Shown here: positions 9,677-18,356 of the stretch, one piece after another | Layout: the number at the start of each line of letters is the position of its first letter | How positions within the stretch are numbered: the stretch's first letter is position 1 | Assembly (NCBI GenBank): GCA_963730935.1 | Contig: CAVSTP010000003.1 | Coordinates: 704,001-768,000 of the forward strand | Reading direction: 5' to 3' | Source: an uncultured Nitrospiraceae bacterium | Lineage (GTDB): Bacteria > Nitrospirota > Nitrospiria > Nitrospirales > Nitrospiraceae | Length of the DNA stretch: 64,000 nt | Notes under the pieces: generated by a model | Told to the model about the DNA's origin: nothing | Databases searched by the model: none | The model's input: the letters and a program-made list of their open reading frames with translations, nothing else | Program-made: the position numbers and the translations under genes

Positions 9677-10552
9677 CTATTTCCGCTGGCGCCCCGCAAT
9701 GCGCGACTCGGCCGAAGCCCAGCCGGCGTCGAACGGATGCCCGGGGCTGTCGATGTCGATGACCAGCGGTGCGTGATCCGAGGGCAACGGTTTTCCCTTC
9801 CTCGCCTCGCGATCGATCTCGGCCCAGACCACACGGTGTTGTAAGGTGGTGGTCACCAATAAGTGGTCGATGCGCATGCCGATGTTTTTGTGAAAATTGC
9901 CTGCGCGATAATCCCACCAGGTGTAACGCCCCGGTTCCGGGTGATGCAATCGGAATGCATCGACGAATCCCGCGCTCGAAAGCCCTGCAAAAGCTTGCCG
10001 CTCGCGCTCGGAAACGTGTGTCCCGCCTTGACAAGCACTGGGGTCCCACACATCGGCATCTTCGGGCGCCACATTGAAATCACCGCCGATGACGGCCGGT
10101 GTATCCGAAGTGACGGCCCGACTGATCCAGCGAGCCAGCCTGTCGAACCACACGAGCTTGGCTTCATAAAACGGTGAATCCACGAGCCGGCCGTTCGGCG
10201 CGTACACGCAGATGATGCGCACGCCGCCGCATTCGGCAGCGAGCATCCTGGCCTCAGCCATCGGTTCATCGTCACCGGTTTCAGACGTACGGGCCGGCCG
10301 TAATGGCTCTCCAAAATTTGTGATGACGCTGTCGATGCCGCACCGACTCGCGATCGCAACGCCGTTCCATCGACCCTCACCGTGGTGCACCAGCTCGTAT
10401 CCGGCCTGCTTGAAGGGTTCGACAGGCGCATCCGCGTCCCCCAGCTTCGTTTCCTGCATCAGAAGCACGTCCGGCTTCGCCCGATCCAGCCACCACATGA
10501 CCTTCTCAAGGCGAGCCTTCAGCGAGTTGACATTCCAAGTGGCAATCCGCAT
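9677..10552 (-). CDS. xth: Exodeoxyribonuclease III
   Basis: MRIATWNVNS, QETK, GDFNVAP, YTWWDYR, RIDH, SDHAP. Confidence 0.96.
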   Translation of the reverse strand: MRIATWNVNSLKARLEKVMWWLDRAKPDVLLMQETKLGDADAPVEPFKQAGYELVHHGEGRWNGVAIASRCGIDSVITNFGEPLRPARTSETGDDEPMAEARMLAAECGGVRIICVYAPNGRLVDSPFYEAKLVWFDRLARWISRAVTSDTPAVIGGDFNVAPEDADVWDPSACQGGTHVSERERQAFAGLSSAGFVDAFRLHHPEPGRYTWWDYRAGNFHKNIGMRIDHLLVTTTLQHRVVWAEIDREARKGKPLPSDHAPLVIDIDSPGHPFDAGWASAESRIAGRQRK

Positions 10553-10594
10553 GGCTAATGATTCTTCCATTCGGGCCGCGGCGTATGGCGGCAG

Positions 10595-11314
10595 TCACTT
10601 AGCATCATGGAAGATGACGCCGAGCGTAAAGCGTGAACCAGAGTGAATCGTGCTCACGCCGTGCCGCATGTTGACCCGGTAATAGCCCCGGCTTCCTTGG
10701 ACGGGACGGTGCCGCGTCGCAAAGATCACGATTTCTCCCTGCTGAGGGGCCAGGACTTCACCGCGTGATTGTGCCCGCGGTCGCTGTTCCACGAGCAGAA
10801 ATTCACCACCGACAAAATCGCGGTCAGGGCGACTGAGAAAGGCGGTGAGCTGCAGCGGGAAAGCGACGGCTCCATAGATATCCTGATGAAGGCAGTTATA
10901 ATCCCCCGCACCGTAACGAAGTAACAACGGTGTGGGCTTCGTCTGTCCGTTCCGACGACAGACGGCGAGCAGTTTCTCGTGACTCGGCGGAAACGTATCC
11001 CTCTGTCCCAATGCCTTTGTCCAGGCGTTGGCGATCACCGCAAGACGAGGATAGATGTGTTCGCGCAGCGTTTGGACCAGCGACGGCAAGGGATAGGTGA
11101 AGTATTTGTACTCCCCCTCGCCAAACCGAAAGCGCTTCATGTCGATCCGGCTTCGGAACAATTGGTCCTTGCCGTACAGGGCGACAAGAGCCTCGCACTC
11201 GTCGGCCGTCAGCAACGGGTCGGTTTTGGCATAACCCCGCTCCCATAACGATGCTTCAATGGCCTTCCAGTCTAGCTGGACCAGTCGGTCTTGGATGTTG
11301 ACCACTTCAGCCAT
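10595..11314 (-). CDS. 2OG-Fe(II) oxygenase (DUF2086-like)
   Basis: LHQDIYG, GGEFLLVEQRPRAQS, RHGVS, GVIFHDA. Confidence 0.9.
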   Translation of the reverse strand: MAEVVNIQDRLVQLDWKAIEASLWERGYAKTDPLLTADECEALVALYGKDQLFRSRIDMKRFRFGEGEYKYFTYPLPSLVQTLREHIYPRLAVIANAWTKALGQRDTFPPSHEKLLAVCRRNGQTKPTPLLLRYGAGDYNCLHQDIYGAVAFPLQLTAFLSRPDRDFVGGEFLLVEQRPRAQSRGEVLAPQQGEIVIFATRHRPVQGSRGYYRVNMRHGVSTIHSGSRFTLGVIFHDAK

Positions 11315-11353
11315 TTCGTCCTAAGTAATGGATATAATTCGACACCATCCCTA

Positions 11354-11379
11354 TGTCGATTTTGGCCATCGAGAACGAC
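11354..11379 (+). promoter_or_regulatory. ECF42-type promoter
   Basis: TGTCGA-16 bp-CGAC upstream of a YCII/DGPF gene. Confidence 0.65.
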
Positions 11380-11426
11380 TATCTGTCAAGAACATCGTTT
11401 CACAGTCAAATTGGAGGGTCGAAGCC

Positions 11427-11789
11427 ATGAAATATCTGCTCCTGTGTTGCCACGAAGAGAAGAAATGGGACTCCATGTCCAAAAGCGACTGCGACGCCGT
11501 GATGGAAGAGACCATGGCCTATGTCGAGGCGCTGAAGAAGAGTGGTCAGCTTCTTGCGGTAGAGCAACTCGACCCCATAAAGACGGCCATAAGCGTGAGA
11601 ATCCGGAGCGGGAAGTTGTCCGTGACCGACGGTCCCTATGCTGAAACGAAAGAGCAGCTCGGTGGCTTTTTCCTGATCAGCGCCCGAGATCTGAACGAGG
11701 CGATCCAGGTGGCCTCGAAGTTTCCGTCGGTGCGCTTCGGAACCATGGAGGTGCGGCCGGTCAGGGAAATTCCCGGCAGCGGCCACTAG
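11427..11789 (+). CDS. YCII/DGPF-domain protein
   Basis: MKYLLL...VTDGPYAETKEQLGGFFLI...MEVRPV. Confidence 0.92.
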   Translation: MKYLLLCCHEEKKWDSMSKSDCDAVMEETMAYVEALKKSGQLLAVEQLDPIKTAISVRIRSGKLSVTDGPYAETKEQLGGFFLISARDLNEAIQVASKFPSVRFGTMEVRPVREIPGSGH

Positions 11790-11885
11790 TCGGCGCGGCG
11801 TTGATGCTATGAATCACGTTTGGCTGTTGCTATACTGCCGGACTCCGATTTCCCGCCAGTCGTCGGTTTCAAACCGGAGGTGCAG

Positions 11886-12419
11886 ATGCTGCCGTTCAGT
11901 CTTGCCATGATCCTGATCGCGTTGCTCATATCGCCTGCCGACGCGAAAGAAAAATCGGCTTGCTCATTGCTGACCTCGAGCGATATTGAGGCTGTCGTTG
12001 GCGGGAAAGTGAGCGCGAGCCAGCCGATTCATTTTGATGACATTCCGAGTGGCAAGAAGACCGTGAAAGCGTACGGCTGCCTGTGGGGCGTCTCTACTAT
12101 AGGGCAAGTCTCCATCAGTTGGTTTGAAGGACCCCTCACCGATGACGAGATCGCCCAGTTGATCAAGATGACCAAGAACAATCCGGGAACCGAGGACCTT
12201 AAAAAGGCCAACTATAAAGAAACAGCAAAAGATTTTCCCCAAGCCTCGTGCTCAAGCTATACACCCCCGGCCGGTGCCAAAGATGGCATGCCCATGTCCA
12301 CCTGTGCCGGTGGAGCAAAGGGGCATGGTCTTACGCTCACGTTCATGAGCCCCAGCAAGACACTCACGATTGATCAGACGAAGGCCCTCTTGGACAAGGC
12401 CGCTTCGCACGTCCACTGA
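11886..12419 (+). CDS. Secreted protein (DUF3558-like)
   Basis: Signal peptide; SACSLLTSSDIEAVVG; SD GGAGG. Confidence 0.78.
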   Translation: MLPFSLAMILIALLISPADAKEKSACSLLTSSDIEAVVGGKVSASQPIHFDDIPSGKKTVKAYGCLWGVSTIGQVSISWFEGPLTDDEIAQLIKMTKNNPGTEDLKKANYKETAKDFPQASCSSYTPPAGAKDGMPMSTCAGGAKGHGLTLTFMSPSKTLTIDQTKALLDKAASHVH

Positions 12420-12513
12420 GGCTGCACCTGGTCAATGCTATCCTGCCGAGTTTGGCGAGAGCGCTCGTCGATCGATTCCAACCACCGCTTGAACACTTAG
12501 CCTTTGAGGGCGG

Positions 12514-12539
12514 TGTCGATTTCTGGAATCTCGTTCGAC
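12514..12539 (+). promoter_or_regulatory. Second ECF42-type promoter
   Basis: TGTCGA-16 bp-CGAC, same spacing as 11354. Confidence 0.6.
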
Positions 12540-12601
12540 TACAAGATACGAGGTTACGTCGTAATCGTGCTGGGCATCAACTAGAAAAAGGAGAAATAGC
12601 C

Positions 12602-13048
12602 GTGGGAACTAATACCATTCGACTCCATCGCGTGCTTCGTGCAACACCGGAACGGATCTATCGGGCATTTCTCGATGCAGATGCCATGGTGAAGTGGCTG
12701 CCGCCAAATGGATTTACGGGCAAGGTGCATCACATGGATGCCAAAGTCGGCGGCACTTTTAAGATGTCGTTTACGAATTTTACGACAGGCAAGAGCCACT
12801 CCTTTGGCGGTAAGTATCTTGAACTCGTGCCCCATGAGCGCCTGCGGTATACGGACAACTTCGACGACCCGAACCTGCCTGGAGAAATTCACGTGACGGT
12901 CACCTTGAAGAAAGTCTCTTGCGGAACGGAAGTTCATATCGTGCAAGAAGGCGTGCCTGATGTGATTCCGGCAGAGGCCTGCTACCTCGGCTGGCAAGAA
13001 TCGCTCATTCTTCTTGGGAAACTCGTCGAAGCGGAGATCCCAGACTAA
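12602..13048 (+). CDS. SRPBCC/AHSA1-like protein
   Basis: TIRLHRVLRATPERIYRAFLD...CYLGWQESL; GTG start after AGGAGA. Confidence 0.9.
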   Translation: MGTNTIRLHRVLRATPERIYRAFLDADAMVKWLPPNGFTGKVHHMDAKVGGTFKMSFTNFTTGKSHSFGGKYLELVPHERLRYTDNFDDPNLPGEIHVTVTLKKVSCGTEVHIVQEGVPDVIPAEACYLGWQESLILLGKLVEAEIPD

Positions 13049-13117
13049 TATCGCCGGCTGAGGAATAGAAAGGGGGTCGCAAGTCTCTCTTGCTGACGGG
13101 GTAGTAAGGAGGGCTGC

Positions 13118-13762
13118 ATGAGCAAGGTGAAAGTCGCGGCGTTTACGGTGTCGCTCGATGGATTTGGTGCGGGGCCCCGACAGGATTTGCAGAATCCGCT
13201 AGGAGTTCGTGGGGAAGAACTGCATTCCTGGTTTGTAGACACGGACGTCTTTAAGAAAATGAACGATCAAGGCGAAGGGTCGCATGGCATCGACAATGAT
13301 TTTGCCGCGCAGTCAATGGACAATATGGGCGCCTGGATTTTGGGGCGGAATATGTTCGGGCCGGTGCGCGGTCCCTGGAAAGACGAGTCCTGGAAGGGCT
13401 GGTGGGGGGATAATCCGCCGTACCACACGCCGGTATTTGTGCTCACGCATCACTCACGAGCGCCCCTGACGATGGAAGGCGGCACGACCTTTTACTTTGT
13501 GACCGATGGCATCGAGTCGGCCTTAAAGAAAGCGAAAGCGGCGGCCAAAGGCAAAGACGTTCGGATTGGTGGCGGCGTTGCCACGATTCGTCAGTACCTG
13601 ATCGCCGGCCAGATCGATGAGATCCACCTAGCCATTTCGCCGATTTTGTTGGGAGAAGGGGAGCATCTCTTTGCCGGCCTCAATCTCCACGCTCTCGGGT
13701 TCACATCCATCAAAACCGTCGCCAGTGAAAAGGCAACGCATGTTCTGATGAAAAAAGGATGA
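13118..13762 (+). CDS. Dihydrofolate reductase/RibD C-terminal family protein
   Basis: SLDGFGAGP, ILGRNMF, IGGG, PILLGEG. Confidence 0.9.
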   Translation: MSKVKVAAFTVSLDGFGAGPRQDLQNPLGVRGEELHSWFVDTDVFKKMNDQGEGSHGIDNDFAAQSMDNMGAWILGRNMFGPVRGPWKDESWKGWWGDNPPYHTPVFVLTHHSRAPLTMEGGTTFYFVTDGIESALKKAKAAAKGKDVRIGGGVATIRQYLIAGQIDEIHLAISPILLGEGEHLFAGLNLHALGFTSIKTVASEKATHVLMKKG

Positions 13763-13842
13763 ACGGGTCGCCTCCGCTGCATAAGTCCTTCCGAAGAGAC
13801 CGATGCCGGCCTGCGATCGGCTCATGACGACCTTTTCTCGTT

Positions 13843-14535
13843 TTAACGGGTAATAAGCCCATCGGTGATGCCGTAGGCGAGGGCATAGCAAATGAAGATT
13901 CCTATGCCGCCGGCGATACCTGCCAGGACGGAGTCCCTCCACCCGCCGTTGGTCACGTGTCTTGCCATCAGCGCAAAAATAATCGCGATGCCGAATTCGC
14001 CAAGGATGATGTAGTAGGGCGTGTTGGACAGCATCCGGCAATTGCTATATACCCACCAGTTGATTCGGCGTGCCATTTCTTCATAATAAGGGATGTTGAT
14101 CGCACCCAAGACACCAATCGCGACCAGTCCCCACCTGTCGAACCGATTCCAAAGCCACAGACCGATATAGCCGAACTGCACAGCGACGACTTCCCAGGCA
14201 AAAGGCATCCAGAGGGGAGAGCGCCAAATCATGGGTCCGCCGCCGATGGCATAGTCCAACGTCTTGGTGTAATCCACCAGCCACGCATCGGCAATCAACT
14301 CAGCAAATCCTACGGTAAGGCCGAAGACAATGAATCGCGCCAGGACCCAGTCACGGCGCAAGATGATGAAACCGGCCAGCAGGGAATTATCGATGATATT
14401 AAGCGCGACTCCGGTTTTCCAATCCGACCACGGTGCGAGGCTCAGCAATGCGACGGCGACAACGTTGATGGCGATAGTAGCCAAGATGATTTTGAGACGG
14501 GCATCAGCAAGCGAGCTTTCAGCGGTCAGTTCCAT
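13843..14535 (-). CDS. Hypothetical integral membrane protein
   Basis: 230-aa multi-TM ORF. Confidence 0.8.
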   Translation of the reverse strand: MELTAESSLADARLKIILATIAINVVAVALLSLAPWSDWKTGVALNIIDNSLLAGFIILRRDWVLARFIVFGLTVGFAELIADAWLVDYTKTLDYAIGGGPMIWRSPLWMPFAWEVVAVQFGYIGLWLWNRFDRWGLVAIGVLGAINIPYYEEMARRINWWVYSNCRMLSNTPYYIILGEFGIAIIFALMARHVTNGGWRDSVLAGIAGGIGIFICYALAYGITDGLITR

Positions 14536-14576
14536 GCCTGATCTACGTGTTGGAGCATGCGCTGGATGTTTCGATG

Positions 14577-14644
14577 GGGTTGGATCAGAAATGCACGCAT
14601 TTCTCTTCCAACCCGTTGACGCTTGTATTCACGAAGAGTACCCT
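14577..14644 (+). promoter_or_regulatory. 38-bp palindrome abutting a sigma70-like promoter
   Basis: GGGTTGGA-TC-AGAAATGC-AC-GCATTTCT-CT-TCCAACCC, then TTGACG-17-TACCCT. Confidence 0.55.
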
Positions 14645-14710
14645 TACCTGATTTCTCCTCAGGTGATCAACCGAATCTGACTGCCTTTTCGGTTACCCCA
14701 AGAGTATTCC

Positions 14711-15322
14711 ATGAATGAAACGATCGTGGCGGCGATCATAGGTGGGGCGGCCGGCGTTTTGCCCGTTGTAGTGACAAGAATCTTTGGGCGGCTCGAGAGT
14801 CGAAATCAGACGAGGCAGCAGGTGCAGGCGCTTGATCTTGCCAAAAAGCGAGTGGACTTCTTGCAATCTTGGATGGGCGCCCGGAAGAGCTGCCTCCCGC
14901 GAGAGACCGTTGATGTCTCAATTCAGGAAGCCTTCAAGGAGCTGGATGAAATCCGCTTATCCCTTAGGCGCGTCCTTGAGAAGACGGTAAGTCACGCGAG
15001 AAGTCATGAAGAGCGCCCATTCATACAGCGTCTGTTGTTGGCCTATAAGCCGAAGAGGATGTCTGGTTGGTGGTGGCGGGTGGCCTATTACACATGGACC
15101 GGTGCCATTGCGGCGAGCATTCTCGACGGGGTCATTCGACGGGACTTCTTTACGGGGAGAGACGATGATGGAAGCTTTTCGGTGGCTGTACTTATCGGTG
15201 AAATAATCGGCGCGGTCTTGCTGATTCTTCCTTCTGTATTCTTTCATCGACGCGCCGTGCGATCTGATATCGCTCAAATGAAAGGTGCCGCTAAAGATCA
15301 GACAGGACAAGTTGCGGGATGA
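14711..15322 (+). CDS. Hypothetical membrane protein
   Basis: N-terminal TM, coiled region, two C-terminal TMs. Confidence 0.7.
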   Translation: MNETIVAAIIGGAAGVLPVVVTRIFGRLESRNQTRQQVQALDLAKKRVDFLQSWMGARKSCLPRETVDVSIQEAFKELDEIRLSLRRVLEKTVSHARSHEERPFIQRLLLAYKPKRMSGWWWRVAYYTWTGAIAASILDGVIRRDFFTGRDDDGSFSVAVLIGEIIGAVLLILPSVFFHRRAVRSDIAQMKGAAKDQTGQVAG

Positions 15323-15360
15323 CCGGCTTCCTGAGGATCGTAGTGAGTCTGTGTGAGGCT

Positions 15361-16746
15361 TCAGGGTTCTTTTTCTACTAGATCGATTGCCGCATCCGCT
15401 TCCAGCGCAAAACGGCCTCGGCCTCGCTGGACAAGTCTCACCTCCGGGCATTTCTGCTCAAGGCGTCGGCGGAGTAGGATCAGTCGCGTTTCGAGATTGT
15501 CCTTTAACTCCGGTAGTCCGAGCCAAGAATCCATCCGTAGCTCCCGGTTCGTGAACTCCACCCGACCCTCATCACGATACTGCTTCAGCAAGCGCCAGAG
15601 AATCCGGGCCGGAACATTGCGAATGAGATAGTCGCCATCCACGCAGATGCAGTCGTCCTTCTGAAAGAAAGTAAAGCGGCGTATAGCACCCGAGCGAGAC
15701 GCAGGGATCGGGGCTGCACTTCTGATCCGGTCCATCGGAGCATCGTCCGTCTCGCGGCTGAGTTGGTCGATTGCGGTCGCGAGATGTAAGCCTAAAGTAG
15801 TGAGCAGCGTGTTCTCACGCGGGAGAAAGGCGAGCGGATCCTTGCTTTCGACAGCCAGCACACCGACCAAACGTCCACGACTTACGAGGGGCACGGCGAT
15901 CTGACTGGCCGCGTCGGGGAGACCGGGAAGGGGGATTTCTCGTGCGATCGCCTCGGTGCATCCTAACGCTTCGGCGCGGTCCCGCACCGCGCGTGCATAT
16001 CGCAAGCCATGATCCATGGCCGACAGATAGAGCGTCCGCCGAGCCCGCGCGACCATGCCGATGAGACCTTCGCCGGCTCCAACCTCGGATCCCACTCCAT
16101 TTTCTGCATAGCCGTGGCTCGCAATTGTCAGCAGCTTCCTATTCTGCTCATCTGCGAGCAGGATCTTCGAATGATGGAATCCAAACTGTTCATCAAGGAG
16201 CCGCAGCGAGGCTTGAAGGACTTCATCGAGCGACTGTGCCTTGTTCAGGCACTCGGAGATCACCCGCATCGAAACCAGGCCCGAGTCCACAAAGAGGCGT
16301 GACGAACGCTCGGATGGTTGGGGAACAGGTAGTCGTGTGAATCCCTCCAAGCATTCGACGTCGAGCACCTCGTACACATCGGCGGCGAGTAGGCGAAACA
16401 CGTCAGTCATGCCCGAGTAGGATGCCACCGCCTGGAGTTGAAGCGACATGGACTCGAACAACGGGCCGGTCGATTCCGAATGATCAAAGCGGAGTCGAAA
16501 GCGATAGGCATGCAACGTTCGTGGGTCGAGGACCATGATGCAGGCAAAAGGATTCTCACGAACGTTGCGATGGGTCTTGTTGAAGAATTGAAACGAAATG
16601 GCTACGTGCTTCGTGTCCACATAGTAGACCTGACTGATAAACGTGATGTTCGGCGTGCCGTCGCTCGCGCAGGTACTCAAGGCTGCGGGAACGATCCCCT
16701 GAAAGCATGCCCATAGATCCTCAAGTTGCGGCGGCGTCTTTTTCAT
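15361..16746 (-). CDS. PNPOx-like (FMN split-barrel)-GAF-winged-helix transcriptional regulator
   Basis: N-term STCASDGTPN..FFNKTHRNV; central GAF; C-term FTNRELR..NLETRLILLRRRL..GRGRF. Confidence 0.85.
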   Translation of the reverse strand: MKKTPPQLEDLWACFQGIVPAALSTCASDGTPNITFISQVYYVDTKHVAISFQFFNKTHRNVRENPFACIMVLDPRTLHAYRFRLRFDHSESTGPLFESMSLQLQAVASYSGMTDVFRLLAADVYEVLDVECLEGFTRLPVPQPSERSSRLFVDSGLVSMRVISECLNKAQSLDEVLQASLRLLDEQFGFHHSKILLADEQNRKLLTIASHGYAENGVGSEVGAGEGLIGMVARARRTLYLSAMDHGLRYARAVRDRAEALGCTEAIAREIPLPGLPDAASQIAVPLVSRGRLVGVLAVESKDPLAFLPRENTLLTTLGLHLATAIDQLSRETDDAPMDRIRSAAPIPASRSGAIRRFTFFQKDDCICVDGDYLIRNVPARILWRLLKQYRDEGRVEFTNRELRMDSWLGLPELKDNLETRLILLRRRLEQKCPEVRLVQRGRGRFALEADAAIDLVEKEP

Positions 16747-17204
16747 CCCCCGATCCTCTTTCCCGCACCTGGCCCTGGCGTCTGATCGAAGACATCAGTG
16801 ACGGTCATTTCCACGGCGACGGTCGGTTCGGCGATCCAGGCTTCACCCAGCGTGGAGGGCACGCCAATGGCTGTGAGCTCGGCCATGAATTCACGATGCC
16901 ACCGCTTGCTCGTCTCTCGATCAACGGACGTGACCGACTTCATGCTTCGGACCTGACCTTTCAGCTGGCAGGTGATGTGGTCCGTAGGTCGCGTGCACGT
17001 CACTGCAATTTTGCCGTTTTCACGCAAGTTCTCGATGGTCTTGCCGGCGATCGCTTTGGACAGAAGAATCGTGACGGTACGCCGGTCGGCCGCGGTGTGG
17101 ATGCCCCACGCACGCGTGCACTCCGGCATGAGTGACGCATCGCGAGTGCCGACCATGACCGAGATGCCCGTCTGGAGGAGAGCGACGATCGAGTCGGGAA
17201 TCAT
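16743..17204 (-). CDS. Pyridoxamine 5'-phosphate oxidase family protein
   Basis: VGTRDASLMPECTRAWG, QLKG, FDQTPGPGAG; ATGA-coupled to the regulator. Confidence 0.85.
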   Translation of the reverse strand: MIPDSIVALLQTGISVMVGTRDASLMPECTRAWGIHTAADRRTVTILLSKAIAGKTIENLRENGKIAVTCTRPTDHITCQLKGQVRSMKSVTSVDRETSKRWHREFMAELTAIGVPSTLGEAWIAEPTVAVEMTVTDVFDQTPGPGAGKRIGG

Positions 17205-17219
17205 GAATCGATGTGGCGG

Positions 17220-17257
17220 TTAGGAAAGATTTAGGTAAACCTTAGCATAGTTTTAGG
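17220..17257. promoter_or_regulatory. Four TTAG(G/C) direct repeats with 11-bp phasing
   Basis: TTAGG 17220, TTAGG 17231, TTAGC 17242, TTAGG 17253 in a divergent intergenic region. Confidence 0.65.
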
Positions 17258-17341
17258 AACCGTGTCGCGGACCTCCATGTTACTGTCCCCCACACAAAGG
17301 GGCGCGTTCAACGTGGATCGCGTCAAACACAGGAGGATCCA

Positions 17342-18193
17342 ATGCGAGACTTGTTATACGCTTCAATAATGGTTTTGTTCATTGCCGTAGCATCTGCGCC
17401 AGCCTGGGCGGAAGATCACGGCCGTGCCGCTGTACGGCGCGGCGGGGAGACGACCGTCGTGTTTGTCGCTCGTGACTACGGCTTCAGTGGCCCCGAACGT
17501 ATTCCTGGTGGACTCACGACCGTTCGGATAGTGAATGAAGGTCGCGACCTTCATCACATCCAGTTCTTGAGATTGCTGGAAGGCAAGTCAGCTGCCGACT
17601 TCCGTGCAGCTATCGCGGCCGATCCAAGTCGGCTGCCAAGTTGGGTGCAATATGCCGGTGGACCGAATGCGCACCTGCCGGGCAGCCAGGCTTCCGCCAC
17701 GGTAAATCTGACCGAAGGAGACTACGTGTTGATGTGCTGGATTCCGGACAAGAACGGCGTGCCGCACGTGGCGCTGGGGATGCAGAAGGCGCTGTTCGTG
17801 CGCGGCGGAAAGCCGACGAAGGTCTCAGGGGCTAAAGCTCCAATCACCATCACGCAAATTGATTATCAGTTTATTCTCTCAAAGCGAATTGAATCGGGCA
17901 TTCACACGATCGAAGTCATCAACCATGGCAGTCAGCCACATGAGCTCGTCGTCGTGAAGCTTGCACCGGGCGCTACGGTCCAAGACGCCATCGCCTCCTT
18001 CGAGCCGGGCGCCTCCGGGCCTCCTCAGGGTGAATTGGTGGGAGGAATTACCGGAATCGAAAGAGGGGAGCGCATGCACTTTACCGGCGAATTCGAAACT
18101 GGTAGATACGGACTCATCTGCTTTGTCCCTGATGCGGCTACCGGGCGACCTCACTTCCTTCACGGCATGACGACCGAATTCACGGTTGAGTGA
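17342..18193 (+). CDS. Exported tandem cupredoxin-like protein
   Basis: Signal peptide; two H...C-x8/9-H-x4-M sets (CWIPDKNGVPHVALGM, CFVPDAATGRPHFLHGM). Confidence 0.8.
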   Translation: MRDLLYASIMVLFIAVASAPAWAEDHGRAAVRRGGETTVVFVARDYGFSGPERIPGGLTTVRIVNEGRDLHHIQFLRLLEGKSAADFRAAIAADPSRLPSWVQYAGGPNAHLPGSQASATVNLTEGDYVLMCWIPDKNGVPHVALGMQKALFVRGGKPTKVSGAKAPITITQIDYQFILSKRIESGIHTIEVINHGSQPHELVVVKLAPGATVQDAIASFEPGASGPPQGELVGGITGIERGERMHFTGEFETGRYGLICFVPDAATGRPHFLHGMTTEFTVE

Positions 18194-18230
18194 GCTACGC
18201 TCAAAGGTCGAACGAGGGCTGGCAAGACAG

Positions 18231-18266
18231 AAAAAGGGCCGGTCAGAATCTACTACCTGACCGGCC
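18231..18266 (-). terminator. Rho-independent terminator
   Basis: GGCCGGTCAG/CTGACCGGCC stem with a minus-strand T tract. Confidence 0.7.
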
Positions 18267-18356
18267 TGGTCCGCTGGTCGGGAAGCATCTTTCAGCCGGT
18301 GTGTGTCGGTTGGTGACGGAAGACATTCGCTATCGTCGCGGCAGGTAGTGTGACGG

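Noticed and set aside
2376..9877. CRISPR or REP interpretation of the recurring repeat
   Set aside because: Units are 95-175 bp, coding-derived and kb apart; no cas genes are present.
12450..12503. Possible remnant of the 2OG oxygenase 5' end
   Set aside because: Only ~15 nt of loose similarity to 11298-11312.
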